Below are positions 25,894 through 34,832 of a stretch of 50,341 bases of DNA, in pieces. A program made the position numbers and the translations under genes. This DNA comes from a bacterium HR20 (GTDB lineage Bacteria > Bacteroidota > Ignavibacteria > Kapaibacteriales > NICIL-2): assembly GCA_002898675.1 (NCBI GenBank), contig BEHW01000001.1, forward strand, positions 1-50,341, given 5' to 3'. The stretch's first letter is position 1; every line of letters starts with the position of its first letter. A model generated the notes under the pieces. That model did not search any database, was not told the origin of the DNA, and was given only the letters and a program-made list of their open reading frames with translations.

Positions 25894-26781
25894 TTAGCGC
25901 GTGCGAGGGATCGTTGCATCCGCGCTCCAGAGCAACTTCTGCCGGAGAACGTCGAAGTACGTCGTGTCGGAGCGCTTGATCAGACGCGCCGTCTGCGAGG
26001 AGCGGCGAAGGGTACACCGCATCCCCGGCTCGAAGGGAGCAACATACTGCCCATCGGCAACGAGGGAAGCTGCATGGCTTTCGGCATCGAGCAGGAGCGT
26101 GACCTCTGCGCTATCGCCGATGACGAGTGGTCGGAGGGTGAGCATGTGCGGGCAAATCGGCACGATGCAAAGCACCGGCGCTGATGGTGCCACAATTGGT
26201 CCGCCGCACGAGAGCGCATACGCCGTCGAACCGGTCGGTGTGGTCACGAGCAATCCATCGGCGCGATAGCGTGCGATGTAATGCTCGTCCACCCACGCAT
26301 GGATCGTGATCATCCGCGAGGAATCGCGCTTTTCCAGCGCAAATTCGTTGAGTGCGTAGAGCACGGTCGGACGTTCGTCCAGCTCGATTGTCGTCTCGAC
26401 CATTGCCCGATCAACGATGCGGTACCGACCGCTGAGCACATCATCAATCGTTGTCTCGAGCGCATCGGCGGGAAATTCCGCAAGGAAGCCAAGCTTGCCC
26501 AAGTTGACTCCCAACAGCGGCAGATCGCTTTCGGCAAGTTTCCGTGCGCACGCGAGCATTGTGCCATCGCCCCCAAAACACATGACGACGTCGGCAAAGC
26601 GTCCGAATTCTTCCAACGGGAGCGCCTCGACCTGCTCGGCGAGCGCAGGCAGCATCCGTGCTTTGACTTCCGGCTCGACGCAGACCTCCGCACCGCGCTT
26701 GAGCAGCAGCTCGACTGCTTCCACCACGCGGCGGAGCGCGTCGGTTTTCCCCAGGTTCACGTACAGTCCGATTCGGTTCAT
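25894..26781 (-). CDS. nadK: NAD kinase
   Basis: ATG 26781..26779. VVMCFGGDGTML (GGDG), NEFALE and ADGLLVTTPTGSTAYALSCGGPIV are NadK/PpnK motifs. The start forms an ATGA overlap with the upstream stop. Confidence 0.92.
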   Translation of the reverse strand: MNRIGLYVNLGKTDALRRVVEAVELLLKRGAEVCVEPEVKARMLPALAEQVEALPLEEFGRFADVVMCFGGDGTMLACARKLAESDLPLLGVNLGKLGFLAEFPADALETTIDDVLSGRYRIVDRAMVETTIELDERPTVLYALNEFALEKRDSSRMITIHAWVDEHYIARYRADGLLVTTPTGSTAYALSCGGPIVAPSAPVLCIVPICPHMLTLRPLVIGDSAEVTLLLDAESHAASLVADGQYVAPFEPGMRCTLRRSSQTARLIKRSDTTYFDVLRQKLLWSADATIPRTR

Positions 26782-27068
26782 CCGCGCATGCCCTCCGACG
26801 GTTGTGGCGCCGAACTTGCTGCATCCCGGACACGGACGTACGCCAACCGAAGCTCAGCAAGCGAGCCAAGCAGAATGCGCTCCTCTTCGTCCGAGCGAGC
26901 AGCACGTGTGCGCTGTTCGAGCACATCGAGCAGATCAATGGCCAGTCGCGCAGCGTCCAAATCCATCTGCTGCTGATTTGACCGAGGATCAGGAAGTTCC
27001 CCCAACGCAACAAGCGCTTGCGTCACCAACAACGCGACCAGATCGCGTAAGTCCAGCGGCCGATTCAT
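26778..27068 (-). CDS. DUF1844-family protein
   Basis: ATG 27068..27066 inside ORF 26778..27617. 96 aa. LVTQALVALGELPDPRSNQQQMDLDAARLAIDLLDVLEQRTRAARSDEEERILLGSLAELRLAYV fits DUF1844. ATGA overlaps at both ends. Confidence 0.75.
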   Translation of the reverse strand: MNRPLDLRDLVALLVTQALVALGELPDPRSNQQQMDLDAARLAIDLLDVLEQRTRAARSDEEERILLGSLAELRLAYVRVRDAASSAPQPSEGMRG

Positions 27069-27385
27069 TGCTGCTCCTGACGGCGATGAGCAAACATTTC
27101 CAACATTCGGTCCGTTACGACAAAGCCACCGACTACGTTGAGCGTCCCCAACACGACCGCGAGAAAACCCAACACCATGGCTGCCGTATTCGAAGGAGAA
27201 GTATTCCCAAACACGACGATTGCGCCGATGAGCACGACGCCATGGATCGCATTTGCGCCCGACATCAGCGGCGTGTGGAGGACCGACGGCACCTTCGAGA
27301 TTACCTCGATGCCAACGATCACCGACAGAATGAGCACGTACACAAGCTCGATGTTCGCAGCCAAAAATGCAAGGAGCGCTTCCAT
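27065..27385 (-). CDS. pntAB: NAD(P) transhydrogenase subunit alpha part 2 (membrane domain)
   Basis: ATG 27385..27383 (MEALLAF...). VISKVPSVLHTPLMSGANAIHGVVLIGA and NVVGGFVVTDRMLEMF are near-invariant PntA-II motifs. A longer form from ATG 27499 (144 aa, one extra weakly hydrophobic segment) cannot be excluded. Confidence 0.85.
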   Translation of the reverse strand: MEALLAFLAANIELVYVLILSVIVGIEVISKVPSVLHTPLMSGANAIHGVVLIGAIVVFGNTSPSNTAAMVLGFLAVVLGTLNVVGGFVVTDRMLEMFAHRRQEQQ

Positions 27386-27637
27386 TACAACCGTCGTAGT
27401 AGTGACTGTCGGCAGCGAAACTACAACAGCCCACACGTCGAGTGTTGAACCGAGCACCACCCAGCGTGGCACCAAGCGGCAACGCCGCCGATGGAACATC
27501 TGCACGCTCCTTCCGCGAGAGGATCACCCGCCGAGTGCCTTCTGCACCGATAAGCCTATGTGCAGCACGCGCTCGGTACATCGCCCAGCAGCAGTATCTT
27601 TGCCGCCCATCCGGCATTCCACTCCTCCAGGAGCACT

Positions 27638-29248
27638 ATGCACCGTTTGATTGCAGCACTTGCAGCGTTTGTCTTTTGCTCGCTATTGGCGTCTGCCGAG
27701 CAGATCGAGATTAGCGGTCGCATTCTTGATGCTCGCGGCAATCCGCTTCCTGTCGCACACGCCGAACTTCGCCGCGCAGGACGGCTGGAGCCATTGGTGC
27801 AGGTACGCGCAAATCCCGATGGCAGCTTTGCGCTCAGTGCCAGCGGTGAAGGGCTCTTCCTGGTCCGTCTTGCAGGGCTACACCATCGCTCGATCGATAT
27901 CCCCGTGGTGGTTGGTTCCACTGCAGTCCGCGAGCGTCTAACGGTGCAGCTTGCGACCCTCCCATTCCCCGAAACGCGCGATAGCGTCCTGCTCAGCCAC
28001 CGCGGCGCACTTCCAACAACGACCGAGGGCACCGTGCTCCAGGAACGCAAGGATGGGTACGTGCTCGGCGGCCTCCGCCCTGGCGATCACTACCGGCTGC
28101 TCATCCGCGGTCAAGGGCGCGGTGTGGTCACCGCGTCGAGTCGAGATAGCCTCATGCTTGCTCCCGATGGCTATTACGTCGGCATCCTCCGCACCGATAG
28201 CCTCGCACTCGATCCAGCCGAATTGCCACGGCGGAGCGATGCTGGGATCATCAAATGCCAATCTGCCGAGTGGCAACAGATCGCCGATGCATACCAAGCA
28301 CTGGTCCGATACCAGCAGGCGTTTGCCGATTCGAGCAATGCAGCGCTGGCGCGCGCTGCACGCACCGGCGGAAGTGCTGGCGATGCTGGCGCGATCCATA
28401 CATCGCTGGGCGCTTGGCGTTGGCGTGATACAATCGTCGCGCGCCTTGCAACCGCGCGTTCACCGCTGGCAGAGCAGTTCTGGTTGCTCTTTGCGCTCGC
28501 CTTGCCTGCCGGGGACGGCACCGACGAGCTGCACCGTCGGGCATTGCGCGAGATTCCGCCGGCATCGCCGCTGTGGGCACTCGATCCCCAGCTTGTCTTC
28601 CAAGCGCTCGCTCGCCGCACCGATGCAGAGCGTCGGCAGTTCCTCGATGCACTCATCGAAACTAACCCCGATACAACCGCCCGCGCTGTCTGCGCGTTTA
28701 CCGAACTTGTTGCTGCCTCTACCACTCGCGATCGGGAACGCGCGCGGATGCTCTACGCAGTTCTGACCAAACGCTGCCCGACGCATCCACTGGCCAAGAC
28801 CGCTGAGCGCTATAACCCCGACCGCCGGATTCAGCGTGGCGCCAGACTGCCGGACTTTCGCTTGCCAGGGAAGCAACGCGGTGCAGCCATCACCCGCGAA
28901 CGCGTGCTCGGGCAACCGCTGCTCATTGCAATTGTGCTCGGCGATTGCCAACCATGCGCAGAGCGTCTGGCTGAGTTTGCCCAGTGGCGTGATTCGACTA
29001 AGCGCCCGCTCCGGCTGCTCATCGCAAGCGTTGGCACCCCCAGCGGCGAGCTGGCACGCGTGCTCGAACGCATTCCGCACGAGCTTTCTATCGTTTCATC
29101 GCCAAGCGCACCGGAGCTTGAGCCATTCGAAGTCGAAGGGTTCCCCACCTTCGTGCTGACGGACGCAACGGGCACTATCCGTGCAACGAATCAGGAACTT
29201 CGCTCCTTGCGGACCGATGTCGGACGCTACCTCGATGAACAACCATGA
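27638..29248 (+). CDS. Secreted protein: carboxypeptidase-regulatory-like N-domain, helical middle, TlpA/thioredoxin-like C-domain (CQPC)
   Basis: ATG 27638 inside ORF 27560..29248. Signal peptide MHRLIAALAAFVFCSLLASA. IEISGRILDARGNPLPVAHAEL...NPDGSFAL is CarboxypepD_reg-like. C-terminal LPDFRLPG...LLIAIVLGDCQPCAERL...EVEGFPTFVLTD is a thioredoxin fold with a CxxC motif. Confidence 0.8.
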   Translation: MHRLIAALAAFVFCSLLASAEQIEISGRILDARGNPLPVAHAELRRAGRLEPLVQVRANPDGSFALSASGEGLFLVRLAGLHHRSIDIPVVVGSTAVRERLTVQLATLPFPETRDSVLLSHRGALPTTTEGTVLQERKDGYVLGGLRPGDHYRLLIRGQGRGVVTASSRDSLMLAPDGYYVGILRTDSLALDPAELPRRSDAGIIKCQSAEWQQIADAYQALVRYQQAFADSSNAALARAARTGGSAGDAGAIHTSLGAWRWRDTIVARLATARSPLAEQFWLLFALALPAGDGTDELHRRALREIPPASPLWALDPQLVFQALARRTDAERRQFLDALIETNPDTTARAVCAFTELVAASTTRDRERARMLYAVLTKRCPTHPLAKTAERYNPDRRIQRGARLPDFRLPGKQRGAAITRERVLGQPLLIAIVLGDCQPCAERLAEFAQWRDSTKRPLRLLIASVGTPSGELARVLERIPHELSIVSSPSAPELEPFEVEGFPTFVLTDATGTIRATNQELRSLRTDVGRYLDEQP

Positions 29249-30270
29249 CACGCCAGGACGTCGAAGCATTCTGTGCGGAAACACGTGCCGCACTCGAAGC
29301 AATCAACTCCCCCGAAGCACTCGAGCAGTTTCGGCTGACCTACCTCGTCCAGAAAGGGCGTATTCGCCAGATGCTCGACCAACTCCGCCACGTGCCAAAG
29401 GAGGAAAAGCCCATCATCGGGCGGCTCCTCAATGACTTGCGGCGCACCGTCGAAGCAGAGTATGCGGCGCTTGCGGAACGCTTTCGCCAGGAACGCGCGC
29501 GTGCAGACTTCGACCCAACGCTCCCTGGTCGTCCGCTACCGTCCGGATCGCTCCATCCCGTCCTCCAAACGCTCGACCGTATGGTGGAGATCTTCGTTCG
29601 CATGGGATTCGCTGTTGCACAGGGCCCGGACGTCGAGGATGACTACCACAACTTCGAGGCGCTCAACTTCCCGCCCGATCACCCTGCACGCGACATGCAG
29701 GATACGTTCTTTCTGCAGCGCACCGATCAGAGCGGCAAACCACTCCTGCTCCGCACGCACACATCACCGGTGCAGATTCGGCTGATGGAATCCATGCAGC
29801 CGCCGATTCGCGCGATCATGCCGGGACGCGTCTATCGCAACGAAGCTATCAGTGCGCGGTCACTGGCAGAATTCCACCAGCTCGAAGGTCTCTGCATTGA
29901 CGAGCACACAAGCTTTGCTGACCTGAAAGGCACCATGATCGCCTTTGCCGAGCAGATGTACGGCAGCGGCATTCGCTACCGGTTCCGGCCATCGTTCTTT
30001 CCCTTCACTGAACCAAGCGCGGAAATGGACATCGAGTGCTTCCTCTGCAGCGGGAAAGGCTGCCGCGTGTGCAAATACTCCGGCTGGCTTGAAATCGTCG
30101 GCTGCGGGATGGTGCATCCGAACGTCCTCCGGGCATGCGGATTAGATCCCGAACGCTGGCAAGGCTATGCCTTCGGGTTTGGAATCGAACGCGTAACGAT
30201 GCTCCTTGCCGGCATTGACGACATCCGACTGCTCTACGAAAACGACCTTCGGCTCCTCGAACAGTTTTAG
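29245..30270 (+). CDS. pheS: Phenylalanine--tRNA ligase alpha subunit
   Basis: ATG 29245 in an ATGA overlap with the upstream stop. HPARDMQDTF, LLRTHTSPVQIR, FPFTEPSAEMDI (motif 2) and GFGIERVTML (motif 3). Confidence 0.95.
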   Translation: MTRQDVEAFCAETRAALEAINSPEALEQFRLTYLVQKGRIRQMLDQLRHVPKEEKPIIGRLLNDLRRTVEAEYAALAERFRQERARADFDPTLPGRPLPSGSLHPVLQTLDRMVEIFVRMGFAVAQGPDVEDDYHNFEALNFPPDHPARDMQDTFFLQRTDQSGKPLLLRTHTSPVQIRLMESMQPPIRAIMPGRVYRNEAISARSLAEFHQLEGLCIDEHTSFADLKGTMIAFAEQMYGSGIRYRFRPSFFPFTEPSAEMDIECFLCSGKGCRVCKYSGWLEIVGCGMVHPNVLRACGLDPERWQGYAFGFGIERVTMLLAGIDDIRLLYENDLRLLEQF

Positions 30271-32465
30271 CGCAGCCGCCACTCGGCTTGAAGCGAAACC
30301 TGCCGCGTCGGGCCCAGGTTGCCGATGTACTCGGTGTAGTAGTAGTCGAGTGCATTCCGCACGTTGAATGCAAGCCGAAGCGGAACAGCGACCGGGACAT
30401 CCCACAGCAACCGGAGATCGAGCACATGGATAGGCACGCGCGCGTCGCCATCGGGCACCAGTCCTAACTGCACGATGCGTTCGTCAATCCGCTCGACGCG
30501 CGAGAGGAACCGATAGTCCGCGTTCAGCTGAACCCGGGGAAGCGGTGCAACAATCAGCCGCGTGTTCCACTGCACGTTGTGCCGGAAACGGAGCGTGGCA
30601 TGCTCGACCAAGTCACGCGGTGCCATCAGCGTTGCGCCCGATTCAACGCCGATCGTCTCGCCCCAGAGCCATCCACGAACAGCAATCTCGACGCCAGGCA
30701 GCAACGCACGCGTGATGTTGACAAAGCGAATCTCAGCCGTTGTATCCACCACAAACTGCGGTTCGATGAGGTTGTCCATTCGAGCAACGAATGCTGCTGC
30801 ATCGAAGGTCCACTCCCGCCCGCCGAGCACCGCAGTGTGGAGCACGCCCACCTCTGCGGACCATCCCACTTCCGAGCGGAGCGATGGATTGACCCCGACG
30901 ATGAACCCAGCAAAGCGGAGTGCGGCGTAGCGCTCGGTAACAGTAGCAGCCCGGAAGGCGCGTCCGATCGAGGCGCGGAGCGATGTTTGCTCGCTCATGC
31001 GGTACGTGAGTCCAAGCTTCGGGCTAAGCTGAAGTCCGGCAGTCGGCTCCGTGCTGACGTTATCGAGCCGTCCCCCGAGCGTTGCGACCAGATTCTCCTG
31101 AATGCGATACTCGGCTTGTGCATAGACGCTCGCGATCGCCTGCGTGCGTCGTCCCTGCGTGTAGGGCGACTCGACCGCGTTGAGCACAAGATTGGCCCCA
31201 CTTGTCACGTTGAGCTGCTCGCTTGCTTGGTAGCTTGCTTGGAGTTCAGCGTTATACTGCGTGGCATCAGCGCTGACGTGGCCGCTCGAATCCGGTGGGA
31301 CGGTGTTCGTGTACCACGTCCGGAAGATGCTCCCGCGGAGGATGGTGAAGAGCGCTGGACTCCAGATCGTCCGCTGTTCGAGTCCGAGCAGCAGCTTGCG
31401 GGAATCAATGCGATCGGTGGTATCGGTTGTCAGTGGTGGCAGTGTCGCATAGGTCAGACTTCGCCAATTGAGCCAATTGGCGCGATCGTCGGCAGCGTAC
31501 TGCGCCACAAGCCGTAGCTGGGCTGCGCTGCTCAGCTCGTAGGTGACTTTCCCGAAGCTGTACCATCGCCGGGAGTCGTTATAGTCGCGGTAGGACTCAT
31601 CGCTCCGATAGCCACCGGCTGCCAGCAGTCGCAGCGGGCCGAATGCTCCGGAGGCGCTTGCATCGAATGCGCCAAGCCGCGGCGGATCGCTCCGGTAGCG
31701 CCACGTTTCGAAGCGGGGGAGCGTCCACAGTCCGCCGAGTGCGCGGATGCGAAGCTCCGGCGAGGGCGATTCCTCCCGCGTGAGCACGTTGATGACACCG
31801 CCGAGTGCGCTGGTGCCGTAGAGCGCTGAGCCTGCTCCTTTGACGATTTCAATTCGCTCGACGTCTGCAATTGGAAGCGCATCGAAGCTCATGTCGCCAT
31901 TGTCGGCGCTGAGGACCGGAAAGTTATCGAGCAGCAAGAGCACGCGCGATCCGAGTCCGTAGGAAAAACCCGACGAACCGCGGATACTCACCTGCGAGCC
32001 GGTGACGACAACGCCCGGTACGTACCGCAGAACCTCGTCTAAACGCGTCAGCCCACGCTCAGCGATTGCCTGCGCATCTACCAAACTGACGCTTGTCGAA
32101 ACTTCCTGGACCGACTGGACGCGCCGCGCTGCCGAGACGACAACCGCTTGCGAAGCGATACTCTCGCTGCGCAACCCAATGCGCACGCGCACGGTGTCAC
32201 CGCTGCCGAGCGTGATGTGTTGCTCGGCAGGATGATAGCCCACCGCACTGACAAGCAACGTGAGATTTCCCGCAGGCACCCGACGTAGAACAAACGAGCC
32301 ATCGCGGCGCGAAACTGCCCCATGGGGTAAGCCACCAAGGCGAATTGTCGCACCAACGACGGGATCGCCACTCGACTGCTCGACGACGACACCAACGATA
32401 GTCCCAAACTGTGCGCGGGCAATTCCGACGGAAAGAACAAGCGCTACAAGCCAACGCAGTACCAT
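30267..32465 (-). CDS. TonB-dependent receptor with N-terminal carboxypeptidase-regulatory-like domain
   Basis: ATG 32465..32463. Signal peptide, then GTIVGVVVEQSSGDPVVGATIRL..., and plug-domain motifs (LDEVLRYVPGVVV, IRGSSG, VERIEIVKGAGSALYGTSALGGVINVLT). Long beta-barrel. Confidence 0.9.
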   Translation of the reverse strand: MVLRWLVALVLSVGIARAQFGTIVGVVVEQSSGDPVVGATIRLGGLPHGAVSRRDGSFVLRRVPAGNLTLLVSAVGYHPAEQHITLGSGDTVRVRIGLRSESIASQAVVVSAARRVQSVQEVSTSVSLVDAQAIAERGLTRLDEVLRYVPGVVVTGSQVSIRGSSGFSYGLGSRVLLLLDNFPVLSADNGDMSFDALPIADVERIEIVKGAGSALYGTSALGGVINVLTREESPSPELRIRALGGLWTLPRFETWRYRSDPPRLGAFDASASGAFGPLRLLAAGGYRSDESYRDYNDSRRWYSFGKVTYELSSAAQLRLVAQYAADDRANWLNWRSLTYATLPPLTTDTTDRIDSRKLLLGLEQRTIWSPALFTILRGSIFRTWYTNTVPPDSSGHVSADATQYNAELQASYQASEQLNVTSGANLVLNAVESPYTQGRRTQAIASVYAQAEYRIQENLVATLGGRLDNVSTEPTAGLQLSPKLGLTYRMSEQTSLRASIGRAFRAATVTERYAALRFAGFIVGVNPSLRSEVGWSAEVGVLHTAVLGGREWTFDAAAFVARMDNLIEPQFVVDTTAEIRFVNITRALLPGVEIAVRGWLWGETIGVESGATLMAPRDLVEHATLRFRHNVQWNTRLIVAPLPRVQLNADYRFLSRVERIDERIVQLGLVPDGDARVPIHVLDLRLLWDVPVAVPLRLAFNVRNALDYYYTEYIGNLGPTRQVSLQAEWRLR

Positions 32466-32471
32466 AGGCGC

Positions 32472-32981
32472 CTATCGAAACGGTTGCGGTGGAGGGTTAC
32501 GGAAATCAATCGTGATGTCCACATCGAGACGTCGTTCGCCGCGACGGAGCACTACTGCTTTCGGTGTCCAGAGCGAGTCGGAAGCGTGCACCCCCACAAC
32601 GCGCCAGTCTCGGAAAACATTCGGCCCGTACTGTTGTGCGACGGCGATGTACTCCAGCCGAAGAGGCTCCGGAGTTCCCTCGGTAAAGGGAATGGAGATT
32701 GCATAGTGGGTAGAATCGAGGATGCTGGTGGGCGTAAAGTACGCCTGCCCATTGAGTACTGCTGCGATGATGCTCGAATCCCGTGGGATGGTGCGGAAGG
32801 CTACCACGCGCAGATCCAGGATGCTATCGCGTGGCGGATAGCTCTCGCTTCCGCCGCGGACTGTCAAGCGACCGCCGAGTTCTGCAGTGGGCGGAAGCGC
32901 AGTCGGATCGAGTCCTCCGTCGCAGTGGCTCAGCAGCAGTGCGAGCACACAGCCGAGCAGCAGCTTACCGTACAGTCGCAT
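32472..32981 (-). CDS. Lipoprotein of unknown function, upstream partner of the TonB-dependent receptor
   Basis: The track start at 33005 is GTG. ATG 32981 gives MRLYGKLLLGCVLALLLSHCDGG, a lipobox. 6-nt gap to the receptor gene, and a 17-nt overlap with the GH57 gene end. Confidence 0.7.
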   Translation of the reverse strand: MRLYGKLLLGCVLALLLSHCDGGLDPTALPPTAELGGRLTVRGGSESYPPRDSILDLRVVAFRTIPRDSSIIAAVLNGQAYFTPTSILDSTHYAISIPFTEGTPEPLRLEYIAVAQQYGPNVFRDWRVVGVHASDSLWTPKAVVLRRGERRLDVDITIDFRNPPPQPFR

Positions 32982-34713
32982 GATCTCGCACAAGGTTCGT
33001 TGCACTCATCCACGAATCGAACCCGAGCTGGCTGAAGACTGCGTTGCGCGCTTCGGTCTCGGCGAGGAATTCTCGGTCTTTCCTGCCCAATCCGCGTTTG
33101 GGCGAATAGCGTTCTGCCAACGTGCAAAGCCGCTCGAAGTCTGCGTGATGGAAGAAAAAGCGCATCTCGGCGTAGTCGCGCGCCGAGCCAGTGGTGACGA
33201 GGAATTCCCAGTCGCTGGCTTGGAGGAGCAGCAACTCCCGCAGCGCTTGAGCAAGCAGACGCTCCAGCGTCGGCGTGCGGTGCTGGGCAGCACATCGCTC
33301 GGCAAGCCGCATCCAGCGCCACTCTGCGCGATAGAGCGCTTCCCACATCCAATGCACCGACGGCTCGATCCAGACGTCGTGGTGGTTCCCGCGTCCCCAG
33401 GAGCCTTCGGGAAGTCGGACGATCTCGCGGGGCGGGGCCATCTCAATTGCAGCCGATGCTGTCATCGGCCGCGCAATCGGCGAGAGCGAAAGCCCGCGGA
33501 GGACGTGGTAGAGGAACACTGGCCCTTCGAACCACCAGTGCCCGAAGAGTTCGGTGTCGAATGGCAAACAGACAATGCCGCGTCTTCCGGTCGTGCGGCG
33601 GTATTCGGCAAGCGAGCGTTCGACAAGTTGCGTAAAGTGGAACGCATGGAGCTGCGCCCGCTGGTGCGCCCACTCGGGGACGTAGAGCAGCTTATAGCGC
33701 ATGTCCGCTTTTGCATCAGTGACACGCCAGTAGCGGAGTGCACTCGAAAAATGTTTTTTGTGGAAGTCGAGGTAGTTCGGATCGCCGGGGTAGCCCAGCT
33801 CGGCGCTCCAGACTTGAAGGGCAATGCCTTGATCGCGGGTAAGGACAATCGCACTTTCGCTGGCAGTCTCGCGTGCGGAGGCGACGCGGTAGAGTTCCAT
33901 CGGCGTCCGTGCGAAGGGATGCTCAGTGCTCGGTACTGGATCAGCGAGCGAGCCATCGGGGAGCACGACCGCCAGTGGCTCGGAACGCCGAATGAGCGGT
34001 TCATCGGTGACAAAATACTCCAGCCCTGCTCGCCAGAGAATTTGCTCGATTCCCAACCGCGGATGCGGCGTCGAAAAATGCTCCACTGGCAGATATGTGC
34101 GCCACGGATACGCCGGACGGTAGCCACACTCTGGCAGCCAAATGCCGCGCGGTGAGCGGCCGAAATGCTTGCGGTAGCTGTCGCAGGCCACTTGGATTTG
34201 GAGCGCTACTGATTCATCGCTTCCAAGGAGCGGCAAGTAGCCGTGCGTGGCAGCACACGTCATCACCTCGACTGCGCCGCGCTCCTGTAGGTGTCGAAGC
34301 GCACCGACGATTGAACGGTTGTAGCGCTCGGCAAAATCGCTCCACCGCGCAGCGTAGAACTGCTGCCACATGCGTGCAAGGGTCTGGTAGTGCGGATTTG
34401 GCTCGGTGCGCTGGAAATATGCTTCGTCGGCTCTGGCAAGCTCGATGTGGTGCGCGCAGTACTGCTCGAAGAGCTTGGCAAAATCCGGATGCTCCAACTG
34501 CTCACAGAGGACGGTGGAGATGTCAACGGCAATCGGAGCCTGGTAGCCATCGCGCTGGAGTTGTTCGAGGATGTTCAGCAGCGGGATGTAGCACTCGGCT
34601 GCTGCTTCGCAGAGCCATTCTGCACCATGCGGCCACGTGCCATGGTGGAGGACGTAGGGCAAGTGCGTGTGCAAAATCAAAACGACCGCACCGTGCTGCA
34701 TCGCGCGTTGCAT
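32965..34713 (-). CDS. Glycoside hydrolase family 57 (1,4-alpha-glucan branching enzyme type, with DUF1957-like C-terminus)
   Basis: ATG 34713 (or 34701) inside ORF 32965..34803. AVVLILHTHLPYVLHHGTWPHG, GAVEVMTCAATHGYLPLL, WLPECGY and LPFDTELFGHWWFEG are GH57 conserved regions. Confidence 0.9.
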   Translation of the reverse strand: MQRAMQHGAVVLILHTHLPYVLHHGTWPHGAEWLCEAAAECYIPLLNILEQLQRDGYQAPIAVDISTVLCEQLEHPDFAKLFEQYCAHHIELARADEAYFQRTEPNPHYQTLARMWQQFYAARWSDFAERYNRSIVGALRHLQERGAVEVMTCAATHGYLPLLGSDESVALQIQVACDSYRKHFGRSPRGIWLPECGYRPAYPWRTYLPVEHFSTPHPRLGIEQILWRAGLEYFVTDEPLIRRSEPLAVVLPDGSLADPVPSTEHPFARTPMELYRVASARETASESAIVLTRDQGIALQVWSAELGYPGDPNYLDFHKKHFSSALRYWRVTDAKADMRYKLLYVPEWAHQRAQLHAFHFTQLVERSLAEYRRTTGRRGIVCLPFDTELFGHWWFEGPVFLYHVLRGLSLSPIARPMTASAAIEMAPPREIVRLPEGSWGRGNHHDVWIEPSVHWMWEALYRAEWRWMRLAERCAAQHRTPTLERLLAQALRELLLLQASDWEFLVTTGSARDYAEMRFFFHHADFERLCTLAERYSPKRGLGRKDREFLAETEARNAVFSQLGFDSWMSATNLVRDHATVR

Positions 34714-34767
34714 TGGTAAGCGATGGAGCCGAAAATACGCTCTCAATCTCAGCAGGCAGAGTATCTT

Positions 34768-34779
34768 TGCACGCGTGCA
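34768..34779. promoter_or_regulatory. Perfect 12-bp palindrome TGCACGCGTGCA in the divergent GH57 / response-regulator promoter region
   Basis: Read directly from the sequence. Half-sites TGCAC/GTGCA resemble NtrC-type enhancer half-sites. It lies 54 nt upstream of the regulator ATG (34833). A 12-bp palindrome is expected by chance several times in 50 kb, so only its location supports it. Confidence 0.3.
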
Positions 34780-34832
34780 GCACCATCGCAGCCCACAGGG
34801 CATGTCCCATCACCTTCCGTGCACACCGCCCG

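Noticed and set aside
27467-27482. TGGCACCAAGCGGCAA on the plus strand upstream of the thioredoxin-like gene, as a sigma-54 promoter
   Set aside because: The GG-to-GC register is 11 instead of 12 nt and the -12 region is not TTGC-like. Sigma-54 promoters do not tolerate spacing changes.
27386-27505. Longer PntAB form starting at ATG 27499 or GTG 27505
   Set aside because: The extra 38-40 residues (MFHRRRCRLVPRWVVLGSTLDVWAVVVSLPTV...) are only weakly hydrophobic and unlike known alpha-2 N-termini. This is not fully excluded and is noted in the feature evidence.
34755-34772. GGCAGAGTATCTTTGCA upstream of the NtrC-type regulator, as a sigma-54 promoter
   Set aside because: The GG-to-GC distance is 14 nt, two too many, and the -24 box is GGCAG rather than GGCAC.
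34095-34832. 246-aa N-terminal extension of the response-regulator ORF 34095..36317
   Set aside because: It is antisense to the conserved GH57 coding sequence and has a low-complexity Arg/Ala composition. The REC domain begins right after ATG 34833.
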